Positions 34,907 through 44,593 of a DNA stretch of 64,000 nt are shown here, one piece after another. The position numbers were made by a program, and so were the translations under genes. Position 1 is the first letter of the stretch, and every line of letters begins with the position of its first letter. The stretch comes from Verrucomicrobiota bacterium. GTDB lineage: Bacteria > Verrucomicrobiota > Verrucomicrobiia > Limisphaerales > UBA11358. Location of the stretch: the NCBI GenBank assembly GCA_050010435.1, contig JBEKKZ010000005.1, forward strand, positions 45,544-109,543, given 5' to 3'. Under the pieces are notes generated by a model. It made no database searches and was not told where the DNA came from. It was given only the letters and a program-made list of their open reading frames with translations.

Positions 34907-36832
34907 TTATACCTTCCGTGCCTCTTTCGCCCAGGTGTCCTTCAATGTAATCGTTCGATTGAAAATGAGGCGTGAGGCGTTGGGCACGAGGCTTGAGTCT
35001 TTGTCCAAAGCAAAATAGGCGAGGCGCTCGAATTGGTAGCGCAGCTCCGGCTTCGCGTCTTTCAGGCTTGGCTCGCATTTTGCCGTCACCACTTCCAGGC
35101 TGTGCGGGTTGAGCGTGGATTTGAAGTCGCCAGCCGCATCCGGCTCCGCAGTGGTGAACAGGCGGTCGTATAATCGGACTTCAGCGTCAATCGCGTGCGC
35201 GGCGCTTACCCAATGGATTGTGCCTTTGACTTTCCTATTCGGGCCCGTAGCCGCAGACGTTAGTCCGCGCACTTCCATTTCTTTGCGCCGACTCACGCCG
35301 GCGGCTACAAATTTGGAATCGAGGTCGGCGGTGCAACGCAGTTCCACAATCTTGCCGGCGGCGTCCTTCACCACTTCGTCGCATTTGATGATGTAGGCGT
35401 ATTTCAACCGGACTTCGCCGCCGGGTTTTAACCGGAAATATTTCGGCGGTGGCACTTCCTTGAAATCGTCCTGCTCAATGAACAGTTCGCGGCTGAACGG
35501 AATTTTCCGTTTGCCCACGTTTTCGTCCTCGGGATTGTTGACGGCGTCCAGTTCCTCGGTTTTGCCTTCGGGATAGTTGGTGAGGACGACCTTGATGGGG
35601 CGCAACACGGCGAGCCGGCGCAGGGCACGCTTGTTCAGGTCTTCGCGGATGGCGTGTTCGAGCACGGCCACGTCGGTCAGGCCGTTGTATTTGGTGATGC
35701 CGATGTTGTAGGCGAACGCGCACAGCGCGGTCGCCGGAACGCCGCGTCGCCGGATGCCGCTGATGGTGGGCATGCGCGGGTCGTCCCAGCCGGTGACGAG
35801 TTTTTCGCTCACAAGCTGCATCAACTTGCGTTTGCTCATCACGGTGTAGGCGAGGCTGAGCCGGGCGAATTCGTATTGATGGGGCAAGGGACGCGGCAGG
35901 TCGAGGTTCTCCAGTATCCAATCGTAAAGCGGGCGATGCACCTCGAATTCCAGCGTGCAAATGCTGTGCGTGATGCCTTCGATATAATCGCTCAGGCAAT
36001 GCGCGAAATCATACATGGGATAAACACACCATTTGACGCCGGTGTGATGATGGTCGGCGTGGCGGATGCGGTAAATGAGGGGGTCGCGCATCCAGACGTT
36101 CGGCGCGGTGACGTCAATCTTTGCGCGGAGCGTGCGCGCGCCGTCGGGGAACTCGCCGTTCTTCATCCGGGTGAACAAGTCGAGGTTTTCCTCGACGCTG
36201 CGGTTGCGGAACGGGCTTTCCTTGGCGTTGCGGCGATATTCGTCGGTTTCGTCCGGTGTCAGGTCGCAGACATAAGCCTTGCTCTTCTTGATGAGCGCGA
36301 CGGCGTATTCGTAAAGCTGGTCGAAATAATCCGAAGCATAAAATGGCTCCAAGGTAGCGCAGCCGTCCCGGCTGCCTTCCTCGGATGCTTGCAGGCGGGA
36401 CGCCTGCGCTACATTTGCAGGCGGGACGCCTGCGCTACCAGAAACTGGTGCCAAATAAAAATCAGGTTTGCCATTGCTCGTAATCGTCTCCGGGGTTTTG
36501 CCTTTGGGTTTCAGGCCGAGCTTGTCATCGGCCCAGCCGGCGATCAGCCAGTTCACGTCCTCGATGATGGAGTCCACGTATTCGACGTCTTCCTTGGTCG
36601 GGTTGGTGTCGTCCATGCGCAGGTTGCAGACGCCGCCGAACTCGTGGGCGATGCCGAAGTTGAGGCAGATGCTTTTGGCGTGGCCGATGTGCAAATAGCC
36701 GTTCGGTTCGGGCGGAAAGCGGGTGTGAATGCGCGGATACTTTTTCTCGGCAACGTGTTTCTCGACGATGTCGCGGATAAAATCAGACGGACCGGCAGGC
36801 GATGGCGGATTACCTGTGTTCGGATTGCTCAT
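34907..36832 (-). CDS. glnS: Glutaminyl-tRNA synthetase
   Basis: 641 aa; HIGH region [19 protein letters not shown]-type TVMSKRKL, C-terminal [13 protein letters not shown]...RLYDRLF as in GlnRS. Two palindromes are translated in frame. Confidence 0.95.
   Translation of the reverse strand: MSNPNTGNPPSPAGPSDFIRDIVEKHVAEKKYPRIHTRFPPEPNGYLHIGHAKSICLNFGIAHEFGGVCNLRMDDTNPTKEDVEYVDSIIEDVNWLIAGWADDKLGLKPKGKTPETITSNGKPDFYLAPVSGSAGVPPANVAQASRLQASEEGSRDGCATLEPFYASDYFDQLYEYAVALIKKSKAYVCDLTPDETDEYRRNAKESPFRNRSVEENLDLFTRMKNGEFPDGARTLRAKIDVTAPNVWMRDPLIYRIRHADHHHTGVKWCVYPMYDFAHCLSDYIEGITHSICTLEFEVHRPLYDWILENLDLPRPLPHQYEFARLSLAYTVMSKRKLMQLVSEKLVTGWDDPRMPTISGIRRRGVPATALCAFAYNIGITKYNGLTDVAVLEHAIREDLNKRALRRLAVLRPIKVVLTNYPEGKTEELDAVNNPEDENVGKRKIPFSRELFIEQDDFKEVPPPKYFRLKPGGEVRLKYAYIIKCDEVVKDAAGKIVELRCTADLDSKFVAAGVSRRKEMEVRGLTSAATGPNRKVKGTIHWVSAAHAIDAEVRLYDRLFTTAEPDAAGDFKSTLNPHSLEVVTAKCEPSLKDAKPELRYQFERLAYFALDKDSSLVPNASRLIFNRTITLKDTWAKEARKV
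35247..35308. repeat. REP-like palindrome, family C, translated inside glnS
   Basis: GTAGCCGCAGACGTTAGTCCGCGC ... GCGCCGACTCACGCCGGCGGCTAC; encodes (minus strand) [21 protein letters not shown]. Confidence 0.85.
36353..36439. repeat. REP-like palindrome, family A, 1.5 copies, translated inside glnS
   Basis: GGTAGCGCAGCCGTCCCGGCTGCC ... GCAGGCGGGACGCCTGCGCTAC attt GCAGGCGGGACGCCTGCGCTACC; 87 bp = 29 codons ([29 protein letters not shown]). Confidence 0.9.
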
Positions 36833-37013
36833 TTGTCATGCGCAGACTAACAAACCCATGAGCAATTGTCCAACGGCGGTAAAAAGCCGCGGCGCGGCGG
36901 AAGAGAGCAGCCACAGCGACAGCCGTGGGGATGCGGAATTTGGTCTTCCTGGGACGAGGTGCTGGAACAGGGAACGATAACCGCCGATTGTCTAATGAGC
37001 ACTGATCAAACAA

Positions 37014-37175
37014 TTACCGTCTGCCGTAGCGAAGCATTACCATCGCCATGGTTCCAGCGACAACAAGGCTGACCATTAGAACGAGAACGATGATGGACAT
37101 CTGATTTTTGCGCTGATCGCGCGCCAAATGCGGGAACAGCAGCTTTCCCAAACGTTTAGAGAAATATTCTGTCAT
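37014..37175 (-). CDS. Small single-TM protein (53 aa), paralog B
   Basis: MTEYFSKRLGKLLFPHLARDQRKNQMSIIVLVLMVSLVVAGTMAMVMLRYGRR*. It replaces the implausible 184-aa track ORF 37014..37568. Confidence 0.5.
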   Translation of the reverse strand: MTEYFSKRLGKLLFPHLARDQRKNQMSIIVLVLMVSLVVAGTMAMVMLRYGRR

Positions 37176-37189
37176 ATACAACGGAGCCA

Positions 37190-37348
37190 TCAGTGCCGAC
37201 CGGACATCATCCACATCACCAGCGAGCCGGCGCCGCAAAGGCTGGCCGCCAGGACAAGCAGGATGACAAGCAGTTGCTGATTGCGCTGGTCGCGCGCCAG
37301 ATGCGGGAACAGCAGCTTGCCCGTGCGTCTTACAAGATATCCGGTCAT
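37190..37348 (-). CDS. Small single-TM protein (52 aa), paralog A
   Basis: Hand translation gives MTGYLVRRTGKLLFPHLARDQRNQQLLVILLVLAASLCGAGSLVMWMMSGRH*. It shares the GKLLFPHLARDQR core with paralog B, lies 14 nt upstream of it and is in a different frame. Confidence 0.5.
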   Translation of the reverse strand: MTGYLVRRTGKLLFPHLARDQRNQQLLVILLVLAASLCGAGSLVMWMMSGRH

Positions 37349-37920
37349 AGTGTAAAAATGGTGTTTCTCGTCGCGATGGCTCGTCGCAGCTTATGTGCCA
37401 CCATCGGCGCGATGGACAGTTGCCATTTATCTCCGGAAAACGATCCCAATGAAACCCATTGCGGTGGAAGCAAATCCACCAAACCAGTTGAAAATAAAAT
37501 GGGGGCTCGACGGAACGACGATCAACTGCCTTTTCGAAACTTAGTCCGCACCGAATCGCCAACACCAAGCGGGCAGAACGAATGAAAAGCGCACGTGTTG
37601 CAAAGCAAAATGTGCAGCAGCACGGTTTCGACAGGAAGCTGATGCCAGCCTTATTTTATTATCGTATCCCGGTTCATTACACTAATTGGCCTATTATTCC
37701 CCCATTCATGTCTCGATTATTTACATTAGTGTTCCATTAGTGTCTTAGATTTTTACATAACGAGATAATTTCTGGCGCCTTAGCGACCATCAAAGAGATT
37801 TTCCGTTTTGGGTGTCTTGATTCTTTACAGAATCGTGCGTGCGATTTGGACATGAGGGTTGGAACGTAAATTCCACTTTACCAAATGATACGCCACCCTG
37901 AAATCAATCCGTGCGCAGCG

Positions 37921-38421
37921 TCAGATTTTGAGGTTTTGATTTTTCGCGCGCGATTCCTCGGCGAGCTTTTGTTTGAATTCCTCCAGCGCCTTTTGCAATC
38001 GTTCGCTGCCCACGCTCAAAATTTGAACCGCCAGCAGCCCGGCGTTTTTCGCCGCGCCAATCCCGACGGTTGCGACCGGCACGCCCGGCGGCATTTGCAC
38101 GATGGAGAGCAACGAGTCGAGGCCCTTGAGCGATCTGCTTTCGATGGGCACGCCGATGACGGGCAGGATGGTGAACGCCGCCGTCACGCCCGGCAGATGC
38201 GCCGCGCCGCCCGCGGCGGCGATGATGACGCGCAGGCCGCGTTCGTGCGCTTTGCCGGCGTATTGCTCCAAATCCTTCGGCGTGCGATGGGCCGAAATGA
38301 CCTTCGCTTCGCTGGCGATGCCGAATTGCGCGCACACATCGGCGGCGGCTTTCATCGTTGGCCAGTCGGAGTCGCTGCCCATGAGAATTCCGACCAAAGG
38401 TTTGGTTTCACTCGTTTTCAT
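37921..38421 (-). CDS. purE: N5-carboxyaminoimidazole ribonucleotide mutase
   Basis: [32 protein letters not shown] motifs. ATG 38421 preferred; 38445 is an alternative. Confidence 0.9.
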   Translation of the reverse strand: MKTSETKPLVGILMGSDSDWPTMKAAADVCAQFGIASEAKVISAHRTPKDLEQYAGKAHERGLRVIIAAAGGAAHLPGVTAAFTILPVIGVPIESRSLKGLDSLLSIVQMPPGVPVATVGIGAAKNAGLLAVQILSVGSERLQKALEEFKQKLAEESRAKNQNLKI

Positions 38422-38514
38422 TCGCGGAGATTCTAGCGGATTCAAAACCGAAAGTCATCCGAATTGAATTCGTGCAAATTTGTGAAATTCGTGTCAAACT
38501 CCGGGGTATCGGCC

Positions 38515-39129
38515 ATGACGACCGCCAACAAAATCACGATTCTGCGCATCCTGCTGATTCCGTTTTTTGTCGTCGAATTGATTTATTACCTCCAAACCGG
38601 CAACGAAATTCACCGGCTGCTGGCAATCCTTTCGTTTGCGGTCACGGCGATCCTGGATGGCGTGGACGGTTACATCGCGCGGCGTTACAGCCAAAAAAGC
38701 GAGCTGGGCGCGATTCTTGATCCGCTCGCGGACAAAATGCTGCTCTTGTCGGCCATCGTCACGTTGAGCTTCAATCACGCGTCGTACATCGGACAAATCC
38801 CACTCTGGCTCACGGGCACCATCCTCGGACGCGATTTGCTGGTGCTCATCGGCATCGCCGTCGTTCGATTCATCGTCGGCAAGGTGATCGTGCGCCCGCG
38901 CCTCATGGGCAAAATCGCGACGGTGCTGCAAATGATCGTGGTCTTTTGGATTTTACTGGACTGGGACCGCGATTTGAATGCGCGCTGGCTCAAGGTCTGG
39001 ACGTTTGGCGCGGCAATATGCACGGGCGTGTCGGGGCTGCTTTACATCTGGGATGGCGTGAAACAGCTCGGCTCGCATCCGGCAAGTTCGCCGACGGTGA
39101 AGAGCGGGAGAACTGGAGTGATGGAGTAA
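38515..39129 (+). CDS. pgsA: CDP-diacylglycerol--glycerol-3-phosphate 3-phosphatidyltransferase
   Basis: CDP-alcohol phosphatidyltransferase motif DGVDGYIARRYSQKSELGAILDPLADK; polytopic. The last 5 codons and the stop lie inside the octamer hairpin. Confidence 0.8.
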   Translation: MTTANKITILRILLIPFFVVELIYYLQTGNEIHRLLAILSFAVTAILDGVDGYIARRYSQKSELGAILDPLADKMLLLSAIVTLSFNHASYIGQIPLWLTGTILGRDLLVLIGIAVVRFIVGKVIVRPRLMGKIATVLQMIVVFWILLDWDRDLNARWLKVWTFGAAICTGVSGLLYIWDGVKQLGSHPASSPTVKSGRTGVME

Positions 39130-39197
39130 TGGAGTGATGAAAGAAAAAGTATTGCTTCGAGTCCCAACGTTCCATTACTCCAATACTCCAACACTCC
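39115..39197. repeat. Hairpin built from tandem octamers, overlapping the pgsA stop
   Basis: ggagtgat ggagtaat ggagtgat (39115-39138), 35-nt loop, attactcc aatactcc aacactcc (39174-39197). Confidence 0.85.
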
Positions 39198-39209
39198 ACT
39201 CTCTGATTT

Positions 39210-39683
39210 ATGGCTAAGGAACTGGAATTAAAATTAAAGGAAGGCGATGTCGCGCCGGAGTTTTCGGCGGCGACCAGCGGCGGCGGAAAAGTTTCACTTG
39301 CCGATTTCAAAGGCAGGAGCGTCGTGCTGTATTTTTATCCGAAGGATGACACGCCGGGTTGCGCGAAGGAAGCGTGCGCGTTCCGCGACCATTTCGCCGG
39401 GTTCAGGAAGAAGGGTGCGGTCGTGTTCGGCGTCAGCACCGACCCGGTGAAGTCGCACGATAAATTTGTCAAGAAGTTCAAGCTGCCGTTCACGTTGCTG
39501 GCGGACGAGGACAAAAAGATTGTCGCGGCTTACGGCGTTTGGGGGGAGAAGAGTTTCATGGGCCGGAAATACCTGGGCACGCATCGCGTGACCTTTCTCA
39601 TCGGGCCGGATGGGCGCATCAGAAAGATCTGGCCGCAAGTGAAACTGGACGAGCACGCGGAGGAAGTGCTGGCGATGTTGTAA
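39210..39683 (+). CDS. bcp: Thiol peroxidase Bcp (peroxiredoxin)
   Basis: VVLYFYPKDDTPGCAKEACAFRD active-site region; 157 aa. Confidence 0.9.
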   Translation: MAKELELKLKEGDVAPEFSAATSGGGKVSLADFKGRSVVLYFYPKDDTPGCAKEACAFRDHFAGFRKKGAVVFGVSTDPVKSHDKFVKKFKLPFTLLADEDKKIVAAYGVWGEKSFMGRKYLGTHRVTFLIGPDGRIRKIWPQVKLDEHAEEVLAML

Positions 39684-39908
39684 AATCTGACAGGTGTGCG
39701 GAAAAATCGCCGGAGGCATCGTGAATAAAACCAGGCCCCGAAGGGTCTCGTTTGCGACACCCCATCCATCCGTGCTTGGATTCAGGAACTTGCAGGGCAT
39801 TTCCTTCCGAAAGTATTGAGACACGACATGATACCCCATCGGCATTATTCGTGCTTGAACAGGGGTTTGCAACGTGCAGTCTAAGGGAAATTAGGATGGA
39901 TTGAAGTC

Positions 39909-41573
39909 ATGATTAACCGCTGGCAATGGACATTGGGTTGTGCTGTTTCCAGCTTGCTGCTGCTGTTCTGCGGCTTGCTGGTGCCGGCGTATTTGCGGGC
40001 GGTGGATGTCAATGTCATCCAGCGGGCCGGGGGCGACACGCCGGCCCTGACCGCACAGGGGCTGTCGCTCGTGAACCAGCAGAATCTGGGGACCGCCTGG
40101 TTGTTTTTTCAGGCGGCGCAGGCGGAGGAAATTTCCGGCCGGGAAAATCTCGGCCTGGCCGTGACCAACGCGATGCGGCAGCATCCCGACTGGCTGGTTT
40201 GGGGCAACGACTCCGCGTTGAAGCGTCTCTTCGGAAATGATTCCCCGTCACCGGAACCTTTCACCGGGTTCATCGTCCGGCAAAAAAACCGGGAGGCCGC
40301 GCTGGACCTGTTGCGCGCCTCAACCAGTCCCACCGTGCAGGAATTGCTGCGCTGCCGCGGGCTGACCGGCACCACCCTGTTCACGCCGTCGCAGTCGGCT
40401 TCCGGCCAGGCCTTTGATGTGGCGGTCACGATCTGCGGATTGTTGGTGGAGCAAGGGCGGTTGACGACGGATTTGGGCGACAACATTTTCAAACTGGCCT
40501 CGGCCGCCAACCGCGGCGGGGGTTCGCAACCGCTGGAGCAGGTGCTGATGGATTTGATGTCGCTGGGCCGGCGATTCAGTTGGGGCCAGCTCGTGGCGTT
40601 CACCGGCCGCATCGAGGACATCAGGACGTTGCATGTCCTCGCCGACCAGGTCCGCGATGCCGGCGTGCAATTGCCCGTGCTTTTCTCCATCGTGGCGCTT
40701 TCCGGCCGGCCGGCGGCGGTGGCGAAATATATCACGCATTTTCCTCAGACCGCGTTGATCGATCTCGGTTACAGCCTCAGGTTCGGCGCGGGCGCGGTGA
40801 ACGAACTGCTGGCGCGCGACCAACTGCTTTACCGCGCCGGTTCCCGCCGGCACCTGGGAGTGGATTGCAGCCTGCGGCTGCCGTGGCTGGCGTTCATGCT
40901 GAAATGGCTGGGCTACCTGTCGAGCGGATTTCTTCTGGCCGCCTCGCTGCATTTTGCGCGGCCAGCCGTATCGTCCCTGGAACAACCGTTGCAGGTGCGC
41001 GGGTTCCATGTGGTCCGCGAGAGTTTGTTTGCGCTGGGTTTCCTGCTGGTGGTGCTGCTTCTGAGCGAGCCGTTTCTCGCCCAGGACACACGGAAAGAGG
41101 AGTACGCCTTTCGACTGCACGTGCCCACGACGGGCACGGTGGTCCTGGCCGGATTCGCCCGCAATCATCCGAACATTATGAACAACATGATCCTGCTGAC
41201 CCTGCTGCTGTTCTTCGTGCTGCAGGCACTGATCTATATTGCCTGCCTCGTGAAGCTGGCGGAAATCCGCCGGCAGAACGTCACGCCCCGCATCAAGCTC
41301 AGGCTGCTCGAAAACGAAGACCACCTGTTCGACGCCGGCCTGTACCTGGGCTTTGTTGGCACCATCATCTCGTTGATCCTCGTCTCGATGGGGGTCATCA
41401 AATTCAGCCTGATGGCCGCTTACTCGTCCACGTCCTTCGGCATCATCTTCGTGTGCGTGTTTAAAATCTTCAACCTGCGCCCGGCCCGCCGGCGATTGTT
41501 GCTGGAAGCCGAAGCCGAAGCCGCCGGCCCCGCCGTACCTGTTGCCACGCCAACACTGGTCACGCCATCATGA
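39909..41573 (+). CDS. Polytopic membrane protein, C-terminal helices MotA/ExbB/TolQ-like (tentative)
   Basis: 554 aa; N-terminal TM, about 300-aa soluble region, 5 C-terminal TM helices. LFDAGLYLGFVGTIISLILVSMG resembles the LLGLLGTV channel helix. Its stop overlaps the next start (ATGA). Confidence 0.6.
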   Translation: MINRWQWTLGCAVSSLLLLFCGLLVPAYLRAVDVNVIQRAGGDTPALTAQGLSLVNQQNLGTAWLFFQAAQAEEISGRENLGLAVTNAMRQHPDWLVWGNDSALKRLFGNDSPSPEPFTGFIVRQKNREAALDLLRASTSPTVQELLRCRGLTGTTLFTPSQSASGQAFDVAVTICGLLVEQGRLTTDLGDNIFKLASAANRGGGSQPLEQVLMDLMSLGRRFSWGQLVAFTGRIEDIRTLHVLADQVRDAGVQLPVLFSIVALSGRPAAVAKYITHFPQTALIDLGYSLRFGAGAVNELLARDQLLYRAGSRRHLGVDCSLRLPWLAFMLKWLGYLSSGFLLAASLHFARPAVSSLEQPLQVRGFHVVRESLFALGFLLVVLLLSEPFLAQDTRKEEYAFRLHVPTTGTVVLAGFARNHPNIMNNMILLTLLLFFVLQALIYIACLVKLAEIRRQNVTPRIKLRLLENEDHLFDAGLYLGFVGTIISLILVSMGVIKFSLMAAYSSTSFGIIFVCVFKIFNLRPARRRLLLEAEAEAAGPAVPVATPTLVTPS

Positions 41574-42922
41574 ACCGCAGCATCCTTATTGTCATCTGCG
41601 ACTTCCTGCTGTTGAGCCTGCTGACGTTCTCGACGGACCTCAGCAAGATGGCCGGCGAGAACGAGGGCTCCGCGGCGACCGTCAAGGTGGACGTCCTGCC
41701 CAAAACGGGGGACAACAACTCGAAGGATCTCGCGGCGGTCATGCAACAGGCGCTCGGCGAGGAGCAAAAGAACCGCGAGCAGTTGCAGGCGGAACTGGCC
41801 AAGGCTCGCGAAGCGGCGCGGCAGCAACAGGAGCAATTTGACCAGCAGGCCAAGGAACTGCAGCAGAAACAATCAAACCTCGAACAGCAGTACGCCACGG
41901 CCCAGGCCAACATCCAGGCGCTCAACCAGAAATTGCAAAGCACGGCCACCGAAACCTCGATGACCCGGGAACAGCTCGCGGCGAAGGAGGCTGAAATCCA
42001 AAAGCAGACCGACCTGGCCACCAGCCTGCAGAAACAACTCGCCCAGCTGAGCAACCAGCTCCACGCGGCGGATGTGGAAAAACGCATCGCCACCGGGCAG
42101 GTCGCCCTGATGCAGCAACAGGTGCAGGCCGAGCGCGCCGAAAATGCCCGGCTGGCCGAGGGTTTCAAAACGCTGGCGACCAATTCAGGCGCCTTGACCC
42201 GGGAAATCCGTGAGAACCGGGCCCTGGCCCCCAACACCATCTTCGATGACTTTGTCAAAAACCGGGTCCAGACCAGTTTCGTCGCGTCCCGGACCGGCCT
42301 GTTCGGCATTGATTTGGGCAAGAACAAAACCACCGAAACGGTGCTGGTCACCGACGGCAACAAGACGTATGCCTTGTGCCATGTGCAGGACACCCCGCTG
42401 ACTTTGTGGGATCCCGGCACGGACTGGGAGAAGCTCACCGGAACGCTGGCCCACAACCAGGCGCAGGTCTCCATCCATGCGTTGTCCTTCCACCTTCAGG
42501 ATCCGCGCGTGGTGTTCATGCCGGTCACGAAGGCGGAAGCCGCCCAACTCGGCTGCAAGGTTTACTCGATTTCAGCGGACCCGTACAAATTCCAGGATGC
42601 GGTGGTGATTGGTGTGCAAGGGGACTATTACGGCCAAAGCAGCTTTCAGATTGATTTGAACACGCCGCAATACGTCAAACTGGACCGCAATCTTTTGAAG
42701 GGGCTGTTCGGAAAATTCAATCCCTCGCGCGGCGACCTGGTTTTCAGCCGGACCGGCGAGTTGTTGGGGATCATGGCCAACGGCACCTACTGTCTGGTGC
42801 TGCATGACTTCGCTTCGGATGTAACCTTCCCATTTGGCCGGGACATTCGCACCCAGCACACCGGCGACGCCTTGTCCCAGCTTTATTCATACGTATTCAA
42901 CTTGCCCTCCAGGTTGAAATGA
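41570..42922 (+). CDS. Single-TM (Asp-containing) coiled-coil protein with C-terminal trypsin-like domain (tentative)
   Basis: 450 aa; MNRSILIVICDFLLLSLL, a Gln-rich coiled coil (residues about 55-250), and a C-terminal domain with YALCHVQD, QDPRVVFMPV and FNPSRGDLVFSRTGELLGIMANG spaced like a His/Asp/Ser triad. Confidence 0.6.
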   Translation: MNRSILIVICDFLLLSLLTFSTDLSKMAGENEGSAATVKVDVLPKTGDNNSKDLAAVMQQALGEEQKNREQLQAELAKAREAARQQQEQFDQQAKELQQKQSNLEQQYATAQANIQALNQKLQSTATETSMTREQLAAKEAEIQKQTDLATSLQKQLAQLSNQLHAADVEKRIATGQVALMQQQVQAERAENARLAEGFKTLATNSGALTREIRENRALAPNTIFDDFVKNRVQTSFVASRTGLFGIDLGKNKTTETVLVTDGNKTYALCHVQDTPLTLWDPGTDWEKLTGTLAHNQAQVSIHALSFHLQDPRVVFMPVTKAEAAQLGCKVYSISADPYKFQDAVVIGVQGDYYGQSSFQIDLNTPQYVKLDRNLLKGLFGKFNPSRGDLVFSRTGELLGIMANGTYCLVLHDFASDVTFPFGRDIRTQHTGDALSQLYSYVFNLPSRLK

Positions 42923-43029
42923 CTGGGGTCATACTGCGGTCAGACGCGCAATCCTGGTTTGACATGGACGCGGCAAATCCTGAAAATGTCCGTAACGAAA
43001 AGGAATTAACCAGATAACCAAAAACGATT

Positions 43030-43509
43030 ATGCCAATTCCAACTGGATCAAAAGCTCCTGACTTCACCCTCAAGTCCAAGCAGGCGTCCGGTCTCGTGGA
43101 CGTGAAGCTCAGCAACAACTTCGGCAAAAAGAACACCGTGCTGCTCTTTTTCCCGCTCGCGTTCACGAGCGTTTGCACGAAGGAAATGTGCGACCTGACC
43201 GCCGGGCTCAACGCCTACCAAGGCCTCGGCGCGGACGTCATCGGCATCAGCGTGGACAGCCCCTTCGCGCAGGAAGCGTGGGCACAAAAGGAAAAAATCG
43301 GCATCACGCTCACCAGCGATTTGAACAAAACGGTGATTAAATCTTACAACGTCGTGTTCCCGATGCTGGCCGGCGTGGGCGACACGGCGGCGCGCGCCGC
43401 GTTCGTGATTGATAAGAAAGGCGTGGTGCAATACAGCGAACAGACGCCGACGCCGAAAGACCTGCCAAACTTTGATGCCATCAAGGCGGCGCTGGCGAAG
43501 TTGAAGTAA
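43030..43509 (+). CDS. Peroxiredoxin (AhpC/TSA family, AhpE-like)
   Basis: APDFTLKS...VLLFFPLAFTSVCTKEMC; 159 aa. Confidence 0.85.
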   Translation: MPIPTGSKAPDFTLKSKQASGLVDVKLSNNFGKKNTVLLFFPLAFTSVCTKEMCDLTAGLNAYQGLGADVIGISVDSPFAQEAWAQKEKIGITLTSDLNKTVIKSYNVVFPMLAGVGDTAARAAFVIDKKGVVQYSEQTPTPKDLPNFDAIKAALAKLK

Positions 43510-43547
43510 TTTTCAACCAGGCTGTGTCCGTTTGGCTGCACGTTTGT

Positions 43548-43606
43548 GTAGCGGCGGTCTATGACCGTCGCCATTGATTTAACCGTCGCTCACAGAGCGC
43601 CGCTAC
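43548..43606. repeat. REP-like doublet, family D, copy D4 (inverted relative to D2/D3)
   Basis: GTAGCGGCGGTCTATGACCGTCG ccattgatttaa CCGTCGCTCACAGAGCGCCGCTAC, between the convergent peroxiredoxin and M50 genes. Confidence 0.85.
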
Positions 43607-44520
43607 AAAATCGGCGGAGCATTTGAAGCCGCCATCCATTCGCTCATCGGCCGCACGTTGCCGCATTCCGGGCAGGACGCCACCACAAATTGAGCTCCGC
43701 AGTTTGGACAAACGCCCTGCGTTTCAAACGTGTCAAAGGCTTTCCGGCATTTCCCGCATACCCAGAATGCGCCGCGGGGCGGGGCGACTTTGCAGACCGG
43801 ACAGGCAAATCCGTCGTGACGCGGCGCATTGGCGACGCGGGCCATCGCGCGGGCCTGCATCAAGCCACCCCAGCAATTCAGCAAAATAAAAGCGGCCATG
43901 ATGCCGAGCCAGAAGGATTGTTGCCAAAAGGCAAACAGGATCAGGCCGGCCACACCTACAAAGCCGATGCTGCTGGCGATGAGCAGGCTGCGCGCCCGGC
44001 CAAATACAAACCAAAGCAACGACCGCAAAATCTGTCCGCCGTCAAGCGGATAGACTGGCATCAGATTGAAAATCAGCAAAATGGTGTTGATATACCAAAT
44101 CGTCATCACATAAACGTAAAGGTTCGGAAAGGTTTCCATCCAACCGGCTGAATATCCCAGCCACCAGATGATTGAAAACACGGGGAAAAGCGCCACATTT
44201 ACCAGTGGTCCGGCGGCGATGCTCCAAAGCATGGCGCCCGGACGTTGCGGCGGGGAGACATACGCCACGCCACCGAGCGGCCAGAGCACGATTTGATTCG
44301 CCCGCCCGCCCACCTGCCGACACGCGAGCGAATGGCCGAACTCGTGCATGAGCACGATCAAAAATAGCGTGAGATATTCCAGTGCATTCCAGTGGATGGA
44401 AGAATAATGGTTCGCCCGGGTCTGAATTTCGTACCACGCGACGAAAAACCAGGACCAATGCAAAAAAACTTCAATTCCGAAGAGCTGGAACAACCGGATG
44501 GAGCCTCGATGGGTTGGCAT
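43603..44520 (-). CDS. Site-2 (M50) metalloprotease with C-terminal zinc ribbons
   Basis: HEFGH zinc site, NLMPVYPLDGG motif, C-terminal CPVC...CGKC...CPNC...CPEC. Start trimmed to ATG 44520. Confidence 0.85.
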   Translation of the reverse strand: MPTHRGSIRLFQLFGIEVFLHWSWFFVAWYEIQTRANHYSSIHWNALEYLTLFLIVLMHEFGHSLACRQVGGRANQIVLWPLGGVAYVSPPQRPGAMLWSIAAGPLVNVALFPVFSIIWWLGYSAGWMETFPNLYVYVMTIWYINTILLIFNLMPVYPLDGGQILRSLLWFVFGRARSLLIASSIGFVGVAGLILFAFWQQSFWLGIMAAFILLNCWGGLMQARAMARVANAPRHDGFACPVCKVAPPRGAFWVCGKCRKAFDTFETQGVCPNCGAQFVVASCPECGNVRPMSEWMAASNAPPIL

Positions 44521-44593
44521 GTCGCGCCGATTTATCCCACACCTGCCCGCCGCAGACAAGGTTTTTGGCAGGGCCGGAGCCTCTTTCAAAACT

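Noticed and set aside
37427-37530. A short hydrophobic reading frame (..IFNWFGGFASTAMGFIGIVFRR*) upstream of the two small TM genes.
   Set aside because: It has no ATG or GTG start and only a weak TTG possibility, and it has no paralog. It is not supportable.
37014-37568. A 184-aa ORF from the track.
   Set aside because: Only its last 53 codons look like a real (small TM) protein. A paralogous small ORF lies upstream in another frame, and the rest is Trp/Arg/Cys-rich with no features.
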